IMG/VR virus record: IMGVR_UViG_3300017691_000001
Coordinates: 1 to 44,475 of that record
DNA: 44,475 bases
Source: a virus
Strand: one strand, 5' to 3'
Positions 1 through 7,804 of the stretch are shown here, piece after piece. The notes below the pieces were generated by a model. It worked only from the letters and a program-made list of their open reading frames with translations, was not told the origin of the DNA and searched no databases. Position numbers and translations under genes: made by a program. Within the stretch, counting starts at the first letter, position 1, and the number at the start of each line of letters is the position of its first letter.

Positions 1-123
1 CCGTGCGAACGTCAGTGTCAGCTTGCCGGTGCTGTCCGGTGCCATGGCCGCAATGTTGCCGACGTTGCCGTCTGCGCTGTTGCTGCCTGCATCGAAGGTG
101 ACAGACGTGGTGCCGATGGTAAC
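1..123. repeat. Direct terminal repeat copy 1, identical to 44353..44475; overlap of a circular or circularly permuted genome
   Basis: Read directly: the first 123 nt (ccgtgcgaacgtcagtgtcag...gtgccgatggtaac) recur exactly as the last 123 nt of the window. Confidence 0.97.
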
Positions 124-2208
124 AATAACCTTGCGGTCCGCCGCGCCTCGGAAAGCCGCCACCTTGAAAGCATAGGTTTTTGCCGGGTTAAGCCCGGTGA
201 TGTCCATGGTCGTGGTCGGCGTAGATACACCACCGTTATCGCCAGCGTTGGCGTTGCCGTTGTACCAGTTACGGATGCTGACAGAATTGGGATATACGCC
301 TGTATCACCGGTGGTGGTAATGCCATTGTTGTCCTGCGCTGCGTTGAAAGCAGACGTGGTGGTAATTTTCCAGCCGGTTGCCGATCCGGATGTATCGTTG
401 AGGTTCAACGAAATGCCAAGATTGTTGTTCTGAACCTGCGACGTGCCCGCCAGGAAGTTGTTGAACGAGGCAGGGATGTTCGTGGTTTCGCGACCGAATG
501 CGACCTTGGCGGTACGCGAAACGGCCGCCGCTGCGGCAACGGCGATCGATACCGTCTGACTAGCGGAACCGGAGGTGTCGGTAACCGTGATGATGATACC
601 GCTGACGGTGCCGGCAGCCGTCGGCGTGCCGCTGACCAAACCAGTTGTTGAGTTGATCGACAGGCCAGCAGGCAGCGCCGTGCCGCTCGTGGACCAAGTC
701 TTGGTTCCGCTGCCACCGGCTGCCGTAGGCGCGTAGCTGTAGCTCTGCCCCACGGTTGCAGGGCCGGGCGTGCCGCTCACACTCAGCGGCGTTACTGTGC
801 CGCCAGACGCGGCAATCGCCAGCGTCTGCGCACTGGCCTCCATGGGCAGCGCCAGGGCGCTGTTGTCATGCACCTGCGTGGTGTCGTCCGATGCGCCGGC
901 GTCAGGCGAATAGTAGACGCTCGCTGCATTTCCGCCGGTGCTTGCATGGGTCAGCAGGATCGTCGTTGCCGACTCCCGAACGGCAGCGCTGATCGCCAGT
1001 GCCGCACCACCGCTGTCGAATACCGAAAAACCGGAGATGCCAGAAGTCGGCGTGAAGTCGGTGCCAGCACCATGTTTGATGGTGATGCGCGTCTGCGTCT
1101 GGCTGATCGGCGTGGTGGACAGTACGGCCGGGCCGCGCTTTTGGGCGCTTCCAGTGAGAACCGCCATTGCTTGCGGGTAGAAACGTTGCGCCGCGACCCC
1201 CGCCGAAGCCGTGGTTTGGTGGATGTTGTCGAACGTCGCAAGGTCGAACCCGTTGAAACCGATCAGGACGTTGGCGTCGTTGTTGACGACCGTCATTTCG
1301 GCCATACGCTGCAATGCCATCTGAGCCGGGTAAGATGGGGAATCCTGCGACGGATTGAGGATGGCCTTAAGGTTAGTGAACCCACTTTCGCTGCGCAGTA
1401 AAGTGATCAACTTGCGATAGCGCGCAAGCTGGTCTGCATACGTGATCGTGTTGGTGCCCTGGTTCACGTCGTTAAACCCGACCTGCACCAGCACGAAATC
1501 GACCGTTCCTGCTGCCTTCATGGCGGTAGTCAAACGCTGTCGATCGACGTAGGTATCACCAGCCCATGTCGCGAGCGTGGTTCCCTGAATGCCGCCGCTG
1601 ATGAACCGGACCGGACGGCCGGTTGCCGCATTCAGAGCATTGCCGAGGTCCATGCCAAAACGACCGGCAGTAAGCGTGGTGTAATTGATACCGTCCGACG
1701 AAACCGTAACGTTCGGGTTCACCGTGCCGGCGAAATCGTTGACGTAGCGATAAGGACTGCTTGACCCGGCAAGCGCGATCGTGATGGGCGTAGGAGTAGG
1801 CGTCGGAGTCACCGTAGCCGCCGCCACCGTGATCGTAGCGCTATTCTGAAGCGCCGAACCATCATCGCCGGTGATGTCCGTGACATAGCGGTGATCGCCA
1901 GTCGCAGTGGGAGTGTATGTCTTGTTCGTCGTCAGGGTCGTCGTGCCGAGCAACCACCGCCGCGCCGTGACAGAGCCATAGGCCACCACCGGATCAACGC
2001 CCGTCAGCAGTTCCCCGACCTGCGGCGTGCCGTCGCTGGAGATAGCGGCGGGGCTGGTGATGGACGGTGCGGGCGTCGGGCCAGGTGTCGGCGTCGGTGT
2101 AACCGTGCCGCCTTCCAGCGCAGCAAGCCGTGTTTCCCGACTTTGATCGCGGGCCGTCATGTAGGCCACGAATTCAGCGACGTTGGTGATGTTCGGCGGC
2201 AAAGACAT
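1..2208 (-). CDS. Tail-fibre-like polysaccharide esterase: SGNH/GDSL-type hydrolase, Ig-like repeat and C-terminal carbohydrate-binding-like domain. First 736 codons; the ORF continues across the junction into 44352..44299.
   Basis: Hand translation from ATG 2208..2206 is open to base 1 (736 codons). The ORF track omits it because no stop lies in the window. SGNH-like blocks: LAGSSS, GGIQGT, VQVGFNDV, FDNIH. Thr/Pro linkers (TPTPTPGPTPAP). Ig-type repeat GQSYSYAPTAAGGSGTKTWSTSGTALPAGLSINSTTGLVSGTP. C-terminus TYAFKVAAF...GKLTLTF...GYLSVLEIYEN resembles a CBM/malectin-type ending. Confidence 0.85.
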   Translation of the reverse strand, partial: MSLPPNITNVAEFVAYMTARDQSRETRLAALEGGTVTPTPTPGPTPAPSITSPAAISSDGTPQVGELLTGVDPVVAYGSVTARRWLLGTTTLTTNKTYTPTATGDHRYVTDITGDDGSALQNSATITVAAATVTPTPTPTPITIALAGSSSPYRYVNDFAGTVNPNVTVSSDGINYTTLTAGRFGMDLGNALNAATGRPVRFISGGIQGTTLATWAGDTYVDRQRLTTAMKAAGTVDFVLVQVGFNDVNQGTNTITYADQLARYRKLITLLRSESGFTNLKAILNPSQDSPSYPAQMALQRMAEMTVVNNDANVLIGFNGFDLATFDNIHQTTASAGVAAQRFYPQAMAVLTGSAQKRGPAVLSTTPISQTQTRITIKHGAGTDFTPTSGISGFSVFDSGGAALAISAAVRESATTILLTHASTGGNAASVYYSPDAGASDDTTQVHDNSALALPMEASAQTLAIAASGGTVTPLSVSGTPGPATVGQSYSYAPTAAGGSGTKTWSTSGTALPAGLSINSTTGLVSGTPTAAGTVSGIIITVTDTSGSASQTVSIAVAAAAAVSRTAKVAFGRETTNIPASFNNFLAGTSQVQNNNLGISLNLNDTSGSATGWKITTTSAFNAAQDNNGITTTGDTGVYPNSVSIRNWYNGNANAGDNGGVSTPTTTMDITGLNPAKTYAFKVAAFRGAADRKVIVTIGTTSVTFDAGSNSADGNVGNIAAMAPDSTGKLTLTFAR

Positions 2209-2209
2209 A

Positions 2210-2530
2210 TCAGGCGGCCTCTAGCTGATCGAGACGTGCGTCCTGCTCGTCTGCGGTGTTGGTAAGCAACTCAAACGAAGCGGGCGCACCAGCAACCGCC
2301 GTGATGGAAAGCGTAGACGTGATCGTGGTGTTGAGCAACGTGGGCAACTGCCCGCCGTTCAGCAGGATCAGCACCTGATCAATTTTGGTGATCAATTCAC
2401 TGATCGTCAGAGCCTGCTCCGACTCCACAAACGCCAGCCGCTGATTGACCCCAGTCAGCTTGTCAGCCAGCAGGAACAGCGCGTTATCATTCGGCTGTGG
2501 TTCCGCGAATGTGACGATGTTCCTGCGCAT
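2210..2530 (-). CDS. Hypothetical protein (106 aa), possibly a fibre adaptor or chaperone
   Basis: ORF with ATG start, 1 nt upstream of the esterase fibre ATG. No recognisable motif. Confidence 0.6.
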   Translation of the reverse strand: MRRNIVTFAEPQPNDNALFLLADKLTGVNQRLAFVESEQALTISELITKIDQVLILLNGGQLPTLLNTTITSTLSITAVAGAPASFELLTNTADEQDARLDQLEAA

Positions 2531-2534
2531 GGCC

Positions 2535-2669
2535 TTACACCCCCGGCTTCTTGGTTTCGGTCTTGATGGCCTTCACGACCGGCGCGATGGCGGTGACAGC
2601 ACTGACCACCAGCGAAGGGTTGGCCTTGATGGCCTTGATGGCGGCGTTGAGTAGCTTGCCGATGTTCAT
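2535..2669 (-). CDS. Small cationic amphipathic/hydrophobic peptide (44 aa) directly after the endolysin; candidate lysis accessory peptide
   Basis: Hand-found ORF, below the track cutoff: MNIGKLLNAAIKAIKANPSLVVSAVTAIAPVVKAIKTETKKPGV. ATG 2669, TAA 2537..2535. GGGGAAG lies 5 nt upstream. It has 7 Lys and 1 Glu. Confidence 0.45.
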   Translation of the reverse strand: MNIGKLLNAAIKAIKANPSLVVSAVTAIAPVVKAIKTETKKPGV

Positions 2670-2681
2670 TTCAGCTTCCCC

Positions 2682-3281
2682 TTAGACAATGCCCGCATCA
2701 CGCAAGGCGCGCTCAAAAATCTGTGCGTAATCTTCTACCAGATCAGCCCTATCAATACCATTGATGATCTTGCGAGCTGCCATATACTGGCTGCGGGTGG
2801 CCACTCCCTGCATCGGTAAATAGTCGCTGTTCTTTTTGCCGCTGAACCAGCCTTCGTCCATACCTCGTCGTATGATTTGCGCCGAAAGGTCGGAATTCAG
2901 TGCAAGGTCAGGATAGGTGACAAGATCCACCGACATCTTTTGGCCTACCCGCGCGTAATTGTCTTTCCACGTCAATTGAACGTAACCGCGCCCATAGTAT
3001 CGTGCGCCATCGCCGGGGGTGGTGTTGCCATGGGCTATGGCCAATTGTGGGCGCTGCCCCGTTACGTCATACATGCGCATGAAATAATCACGTCCGCCCA
3101 GCTCCCGCATAGGCTGCATGGTCTTCGCTGTTTCGTGCCAAGCGGTTGCCAGCATGTAGGCGCGGTGAGAGAGGGGAGCGCCCTCTACGGCGTCCAAGAC
3201 AGCCTCGAAGCCGTTGACTTGCCCCTGCTCAAGCGATCCCAACCGCGCGCGCACGACCTTATAGAAAGCGGCCTTGTTCAC
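2682..3281 (-). CDS. Endolysin, glycoside hydrolase family 19 (chitinase-like) type
   Basis: Motifs ATAWHETAKTMQPMRELGG, GNTTPGDGARYYGRGYVQLTWKDNY and INGIDRADL match the phage GH19 muramidase pattern. GTG start overlaps the upstream stop (GTGA). No signal or SAR sequence is visible. Confidence 0.9.
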   Translation of the reverse strand: MNKAAFYKVVRARLGSLEQGQVNGFEAVLDAVEGAPLSHRAYMLATAWHETAKTMQPMRELGGRDYFMRMYDVTGQRPQLAIAHGNTTPGDGARYYGRGYVQLTWKDNYARVGQKMSVDLVTYPDLALNSDLSAQIIRRGMDEGWFSGKKNSDYLPMQGVATRSQYMAARKIINGIDRADLVEDYAQIFERALRDAGIV

Positions 3282-3601
3282 AACAGCCCCCTCCCCTCCA
3301 AATATTCCCGCGACTGCTTAACCTGCCTCTCGTTGGCCATCGCGTGCCGTCTATCCCGCCAGGTGCGGCCGACAAGAAACATGATGGCCCCGAACGTCAG
3401 GATGGACACCGACCAGCCTTCAAACGGGTTGTTATACTTATACATGATGACCGGTAGCGTCAGGAATGATCCAGCACCCATCATGCCCAGCCCAACACGC
3501 TCCATGACGTTGGCCATTTCCCGGAATTGCGCCAGCTTGTAGATGACCAGAAGCGTCAGGATCGAACGCCCGATCACGTTTGCGATATCGAACACGGTCA
3601 T
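3278..3601 (-). CDS. Holin/antiholin-like membrane protein (107 aa, about 3 TM segments)
   Basis: The internal ATG at 3601 overlaps the upstream stop (ATGA), so the longer 142-aa track ORF was not used. Three hydrophobic segments and a charged C-terminus (RTWRDRRHAMANERQVKQSRE). Sits directly upstream of the endolysin. Confidence 0.7.
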   Translation of the reverse strand: MTVFDIANVIGRSILTLLVIYKLAQFREMANVMERVGLGMMGAGSFLTLPVIMYKYNNPFEGWSVSILTFGAIMFLVGRTWRDRRHAMANERQVKQSREYLEGRGLL

Positions 3602-3915
3602 GCCTTGTCCTCCCCGCCGATTGCTTCGATCATCTTTTTGAACCGGCGAATAACGAGCGGCATGAGGCTGTTCCAGGCTGTGCCCCCGATATAGACGGAG
3701 GCGCAAATGCCGCGAAGATTGTTTTCATCAATGCCGAACCAATCAGCGGCGGCATAGGGTACGAAAATAACCGCGAACGCGAAACCGACGAAAACCGTAA
3801 GCATGATATCCGTCCAGCTCATCTCCTTGTATTTCATGTTGGCAAGGGCGGTGATTGATCCCGCCATCGCCGACATGGCAATCCAGACGTGCTTCAGGTC
3901 ATGCTGCTCAATCAT
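3598..3915 (-). CDS. Putative class I holin (105 aa, 3 TM segments)
   Basis: Hydrophobic segments VWIAMSAMAGSITALA, IMLTVFVGFAFAVIFVPYAA and GICASVYIGGTAWNSLMPLVI, followed by a basic/acidic tail RRFKKMIEAIGGEDKA. Position in the lysis cassette supports the call. Confidence 0.72.
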   Translation of the reverse strand: MIEQHDLKHVWIAMSAMAGSITALANMKYKEMSWTDIMLTVFVGFAFAVIFVPYAAADWFGIDENNLRGICASVYIGGTAWNSLMPLVIRRFKKMIEAIGGEDKA

Positions 3916-4433
3916 TCCGCTGCCTCGCGCGCTGAAAAAGCCTTAGTGCTTGTGCCGGCAGGCCCGCCCATACGACGAATATCACGCCAGCAATCAGACA
4001 AACGATCGGCACAGCCTTCACCCCCTACAAGGAACAACACCGCAAGCTGCACGATCAAACAAGCGTCCAGGACTGCGCTATACTGTATATATTCCAAGCT
4101 GTTAGCCCAAGCAACGGAAAGCATAGCCAACATGGACATATGTAGCGACCAGATGATGGGAGACCACCAGACGTGCCGCCCTGCGTATCCTATGATAAAA
4201 ATCGATGCTAAATCTGTCAGCGCCCACGCATCTTCGTGGCCAACCGGCAGCCCTGCGACCTTCAGCAAATGCGCTATGGATAGCGGATTGTAGACCCACG
4301 GCATCACGAACAACGTCCAATTGCCCAACACCGTCAAGCCGGCCACCTTGGCAAACGCGCGGTCCTCACGCGAATGCGCCGCCACCACAAGGGCAGCGAC
4401 GCACAGCAGGCCAAAGGTGACCAGCTTACACAT
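3912..4433 (-). CDS. Polytopic membrane protein, unknown function (173 aa)
   Basis: ATG start with a TAATG overlap. At least 4-5 hydrophobic segments. GC visibly lower than in neighbouring genes. Confidence 0.68.
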   Translation of the reverse strand: MCKLVTFGLLCVAALVVAAHSREDRAFAKVAGLTVLGNWTLFVMPWVYNPLSIAHLLKVAGLPVGHEDAWALTDLASIFIIGYAGRHVWWSPIIWSLHMSMLAMLSVAWANSLEYIQYSAVLDACLIVQLAVLFLVGGEGCADRLSDCWRDIRRMGGPAGTSTKAFSAREAAE

Positions 4434-4639
4434 TACTTCGGATCGGGCTTCGTCGGCGGGGGCGGGTTGGTGTTGCTGCCACCCCCGCTATCATCCTGCG
4501 TGGTGAAGCCGCCGTCCTCGATCGGCGTGCAATCTTCGTCATGCTTCTTGGGCTTGTCGTGCCCGTGGCCCTTCGTCACTTGCTTTTCTCCTTCGCTGGG
4601 TAGCGCCAGCACGCATTCTTGGATGGGAAACTGTATCAC
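4433..4639 (-). CDS. Hypothetical protein (68 aa) with a Pro/Gly/Asp-rich C-terminus
   Basis: GTG start overlaps the upstream stop (GTGA). Sequence ...DDSGGGSNTNPPPPTKPDPK. There is no N-terminal lipobox, so it is not called an o-spanin. Confidence 0.5.
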   Translation of the reverse strand: MIQFPIQECVLALPSEGEKQVTKGHGHDKPKKHDEDCTPIEDGGFTTQDDSGGGSNTNPPPPTKPDPK

Positions 4640-4752
4640 ACTTTAGGCCTCTCGCCAGTGACCGCATAGAACATCCTCATCAGATCGCCCTTGGTCTGCA
4701 TGTCAGGGGCCGTGTCGATGGCGGCTTGCAGGTGCTTCTTGAACTCTTCCAT
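4636..4752 (-). CDS. Small hypothetical protein (38 aa)
   Basis: Internal ATG at 4752, preceded by AAGGA. The longer 64-aa track ORF would overlap the tailspike 3' end. Confidence 0.45.
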   Translation of the reverse strand: MEEFKKHLQAAIDTAPDMQTKGDLMRMFYAVTGERPKV

Positions 4753-4763
4753 CTGTCTTGTCC

Positions 4764-6788
4764 TTAAGCAGCAGGAGTTGGGACAACAGGCTCGGGCACC
4801 CAGACATTGCCCGGTGCATTGTACAGCCATCCCGGCACACCGCCGGGCGACCAGCCAGGGTTTTTCGTTCGTGTGGCGTTGCCTTGTGCGCCGATGAACT
4901 CATTGCCGGCTGGCGGCGCATATCCGCCCACAGCGCCAAGATTGCGCGCATCCGCACCGACCAACGTCCGTGCTGCCGTCACCAATGTCACAGGGCCGAA
5001 CACCGTACCGCGCCAATCGAAGCCCGCAAAATCCAGCGTCAAGGCTGCGTTGATCGATGACGTTTCGTCCAGCAAGACATATTGATAGGCAAAGGTGATG
5101 GCACCGCCCGAAACAGGGTCTAGCCTTGTGCCGCTCAGCAAACGCATGGAGCGGAAGTTTTGTGTGCTGATACGAGCGGCGCAACCGATCAGATCAATTG
5201 CTGCTTGGGTGGAAGTGTTGGCCAGGCTGTCAATCTGGCAGTTGATTGCGACGGTGCGATTGGCACCGTCAGATGCCCCACAGGTCAGGGAGGTCAGTCG
5301 CACGCTGTCAAAGGTTGCATAACCATCGACATCACGGGCCTCGATCGTGCCGCCACGGAAAATAACGCGGCCGTTCTGATTGGCGGCGGGTGCATAAATA
5401 CCGGCTGGCTGTTCAATGGTAATCGATCCACCAGACAGCACAGCATAATAGCCAATAGCATCTTCGATCAACGGTGAGCGAAACTGCGTGCCAGATCCGC
5501 CGAGCATCGCCGTGCCTTTGGGTGCGCCAGGATTGCCGTTAACAGACGCGTTCAACCGCAACGTGTCATAGATACAGCCGCCACCCATGAAGCTCCACGT
5601 CTGCACGCCAGCGATGGCAAAAGCGCGCTCGCTATGGACCTTGCCGATGCGGCACGACAGCAGATTAGCGCTGAACCGGATAGCGCGATGGATGGCGTGT
5701 TCGACTTGCACGTAAGACAGCACATTTTCGTTGGTAGTTTGCCCCGTAAAGCCGCCGTCCTGCACGTCGAGGGCGTAATCATCTGCACCATCGCCGCCGC
5801 AATATTCGATCGACAGCTTATCGACGCTGGTATCCCACATGCCCTTGATCAGCACACCACGCCGCAGGCCAACAACCCGCAACCACCGGATGCGCGACAA
5901 AGCAAGCACGCCTTGATCCTGCGCGTTGGAAAGCTGTGCGCCCAAGAGATTAGGGCGAGGATCTGCCGTGACCACGTTGTTTGCGTCCAGCGTCGGTTGC
6001 GCGCTGGAAAAAATGCCAAGGCACCAATCCGAGATGAACCCGGTCAGACGGACGGCGGTATAGCCAGAACCTTCCGGATAAAGCCCGGCATCGCCGGGGC
6101 CGAACCCCTGCGTATCGGACACCAGCCCAACACCGTCGCAGATGATCGGCCCGGTGGTCCGCATTTGCAGATAACCCGTGCGCACAATGCCGATGCCGAG
6201 CGCCTTGGCGATGCTGATGACGTTTTGCAGGGCCGTTGTATCATCGGTGATACGATCGCCGCGAACCCCGAAATCACCCGCATAGATAGAGCGCTGCGGG
6301 CGTACCCACGCACCGCTCGTCAAAGGCCGGGAAGAGGATGCAACGATATCCTTATCCAGCCGGGATGCTGGCGTAGAAGAAAAGTCGCCGGGGGTCCACG
6401 TCCACACCGAGCCATCATACAAACTGGTCTTGTCGCCGATCGATGCGGCCTTCAAGGCAGCCAAATCAATCCGGGTGTTATTGGACGGTCCAGCCGGACC
6501 GACAAGCTGGGGTGGCTTGCCAATGAAGGCTTCACCCCTTCCGATTTCCACCCCGCCAAGCCGTACCGAAAAGGTGTAAACGCCGTCGCTGGCAATAAAC
6601 TCGAATTGCCCGAAATTATCCGTCACGGTGGGATTGGGGCTGCTGGTCACGACCAACGCCCCGTCATCGTCTATCAGATAGACATAAGCACCCTCTACCG
6701 GGCGGCGATAACCGGAGTCGTCGACAACTTGTTCACTAAATCTAGGCACTGCGCGGACCCCCGCTGTAATAGTTGGATACCGTAGCAA
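4764..6788 (-). CDS. Tailspike/depolymerase with a pectate-lyase-like right-handed beta-helix
   Basis: GDFGVRGDRITDDTTALQNVISIAKALGIGIVRTGYL resembles the Pectate_lyase_3/tailspike signature. N-terminal carboxypeptidase-regulatory-like fold (YVYLIDDDGALVV...GQFEF...GVYTFSV). The track start at 6788 is TTG. A GTG at 6749 (GTGCCTAG overlap) is an alternative start. Confidence 0.88.
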   Translation of the reverse strand: MLRYPTITAGVRAVPRFSEQVVDDSGYRRPVEGAYVYLIDDDGALVVTSSPNPTVTDNFGQFEFIASDGVYTFSVRLGGVEIGRGEAFIGKPPQLVGPAGPSNNTRIDLAALKAASIGDKTSLYDGSVWTWTPGDFSSTPASRLDKDIVASSSRPLTSGAWVRPQRSIYAGDFGVRGDRITDDTTALQNVISIAKALGIGIVRTGYLQMRTTGPIICDGVGLVSDTQGFGPGDAGLYPEGSGYTAVRLTGFISDWCLGIFSSAQPTLDANNVVTADPRPNLLGAQLSNAQDQGVLALSRIRWLRVVGLRRGVLIKGMWDTSVDKLSIEYCGGDGADDYALDVQDGGFTGQTTNENVLSYVQVEHAIHRAIRFSANLLSCRIGKVHSERAFAIAGVQTWSFMGGGCIYDTLRLNASVNGNPGAPKGTAMLGGSGTQFRSPLIEDAIGYYAVLSGGSITIEQPAGIYAPAANQNGRVIFRGGTIEARDVDGYATFDSVRLTSLTCGASDGANRTVAINCQIDSLANTSTQAAIDLIGCAARISTQNFRSMRLLSGTRLDPVSGGAITFAYQYVLLDETSSINAALTLDFAGFDWRGTVFGPVTLVTAARTLVGADARNLGAVGGYAPPAGNEFIGAQGNATRTKNPGWSPGGVPGWLYNAPGNVWVPEPVVPTPAA

Positions 6789-7218
6789 TTACGCTTGCCG
6801 TTGTCATCACGCCCTTGGCGTCTGTAACCGAGCATGTAAAAGTTTCGGTCTTTTCATCGCCGGGCGTGACCAATGCGCTGAAACTGGCATATCCGCCGCT
6901 GCTGTTCACCGTCCAATCGCTGGGGTTATCCCATGCGTAAGCGTATGGCGGTGATCCACCGGTTGGCGTGACAGTCGAACCATTGGTCGAGACGCGAGCA
7001 ATACGACTGCTGGCAACCGAACCGTAGACGCTACTAGGAGATGCAGAAGCAGAAAACGAACCGCCACCGCCTCCACCACCGCCGCCGCCTTGCGCTGTGC
7101 CGCAATCGACCAACCCGCCGCTAGTTCGAAACTGAGGGTCGACCTGCACAAGCCCCCCAGCCGTGCGCATGAACATGTCGCACGAAACCAAACCGCCAGA
7201 TGTGCGAAACTCAGCCAC
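6742..7218 (-). CDS. Tail-associated protein with three (F/M)RT(S/A)GGLV repeats, a Gly10 linker and an Ig-like C-terminal domain
   Basis: Start chosen at GTG 7218, overlapping the upstream stop. Repeats EFRTSGGLV, FMRTAGGLV and QFRTSGGLV. Ten consecutive Gly codons. GGSPPYAYAWD..FTCSVTD resembles PKD/SprB-type Ig repeats. Confidence 0.6.
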   Translation of the reverse strand: MAEFRTSGGLVSCDMFMRTAGGLVQVDPQFRTSGGLVDCGTAQGGGGGGGGGGSFSASASPSSVYGSVASSRIARVSTNGSTVTPTGGSPPYAYAWDNPSDWTVNSSGGYASFSALVTPGDEKTETFTCSVTDAKGVMTTASVIATVSNYYSGGPRSA

Positions 7219-7804
7219 GCGGCTTGAACCAGATATCGCCGGGCTGCTGCGTCGGGTCCGTGGTATTTTCTGGCCCAAACAGGCGCACGGTTTGATATGT
7301 TCCGGCGGCAGCGTAGGCCAAGCCGCCAGCGTCCTGCCGCGTCACATTGCCTGTGACAGCGCCTCCGGCGATAGGTAGCGGAGTGGGAATGCCCGTAGCA
7401 TTGCGAAGCGCAGCCTGGTTTGGAAGGTTAAGGAGCCCGCGCCCATAGTCGCTTGTGCCGCCCGCCGCGATTGCGCTCAGATCATCATCCAGCGGCTGGT
7501 AATCCGCCTCTGCCGCGAATGACGTTGGATCATATCGCAGCAACTGCCGATCCGCATCCAGCACCCGCAGCGAAAAATCCGCTTCCTTCAGGAACACCTG
7601 CGTCGGTGTCGCACCATTGACGATCGATCCGCCCAAAGTACGCAGCGGCTGTGCCGCCGGAATAGTATAGGCTGCGTCAAAGTACACTTGCAGAGGCTGC
7701 GACTGCGGATCTGCGCTGGCAACGCCTACATACAGATAACCGCCATCCAGAAGCGTGCCGTCCGCATCCAAGAAGATGGGCAGGGGGTTGGTCAGGCGGG
7801 TCAT
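7211..7804 (-). CDS. Tail fibre / tailspike-adaptor-like protein (197 aa)
   Basis: N-terminus MTRLTNPLPIFLDADGTLLDGGYLYVG is typical of podophage fibre N-terminal domains. ATGA overlap with the upstream gene. Lies just before the tailspike. Confidence 0.72.
   Translation of the reverse strand: MTRLTNPLPIFLDADGTLLDGGYLYVGVASADPQSQPLQVYFDAAYTIPAAQPLRTLGGSIVNGATPTQVFLKEADFSLRVLDADRQLLRYDPTSFAAEADYQPLDDDLSAIAAGGTSDYGRGLLNLPNQAALRNATGIPTPLPIAGGAVTGNVTRQDAGGLAYAAAGTYQTVRLFGPENTTDPTQQPGDIWFKPRG

Noticed and set aside
3602-3706. Longer 142-aa form of the second holin-like gene. Likewise the 64-aa form of 4636-4830, the 118-aa form of 29748-30104 and the 152-aa form of 36349-36807.
   Set aside because: The upstream portions overlap the preceding genes or the operator region. 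Internal starts give exact ATGA or GTGA coupling, or a good SD.
4433-4639. o-spanin candidate because of the Pro-rich C-terminus
   Set aside because: There is no signal peptide or lipobox near the N-terminus. The only early Cys is in IQEC, which does not fit L-(A/S)-(G/A)-C.
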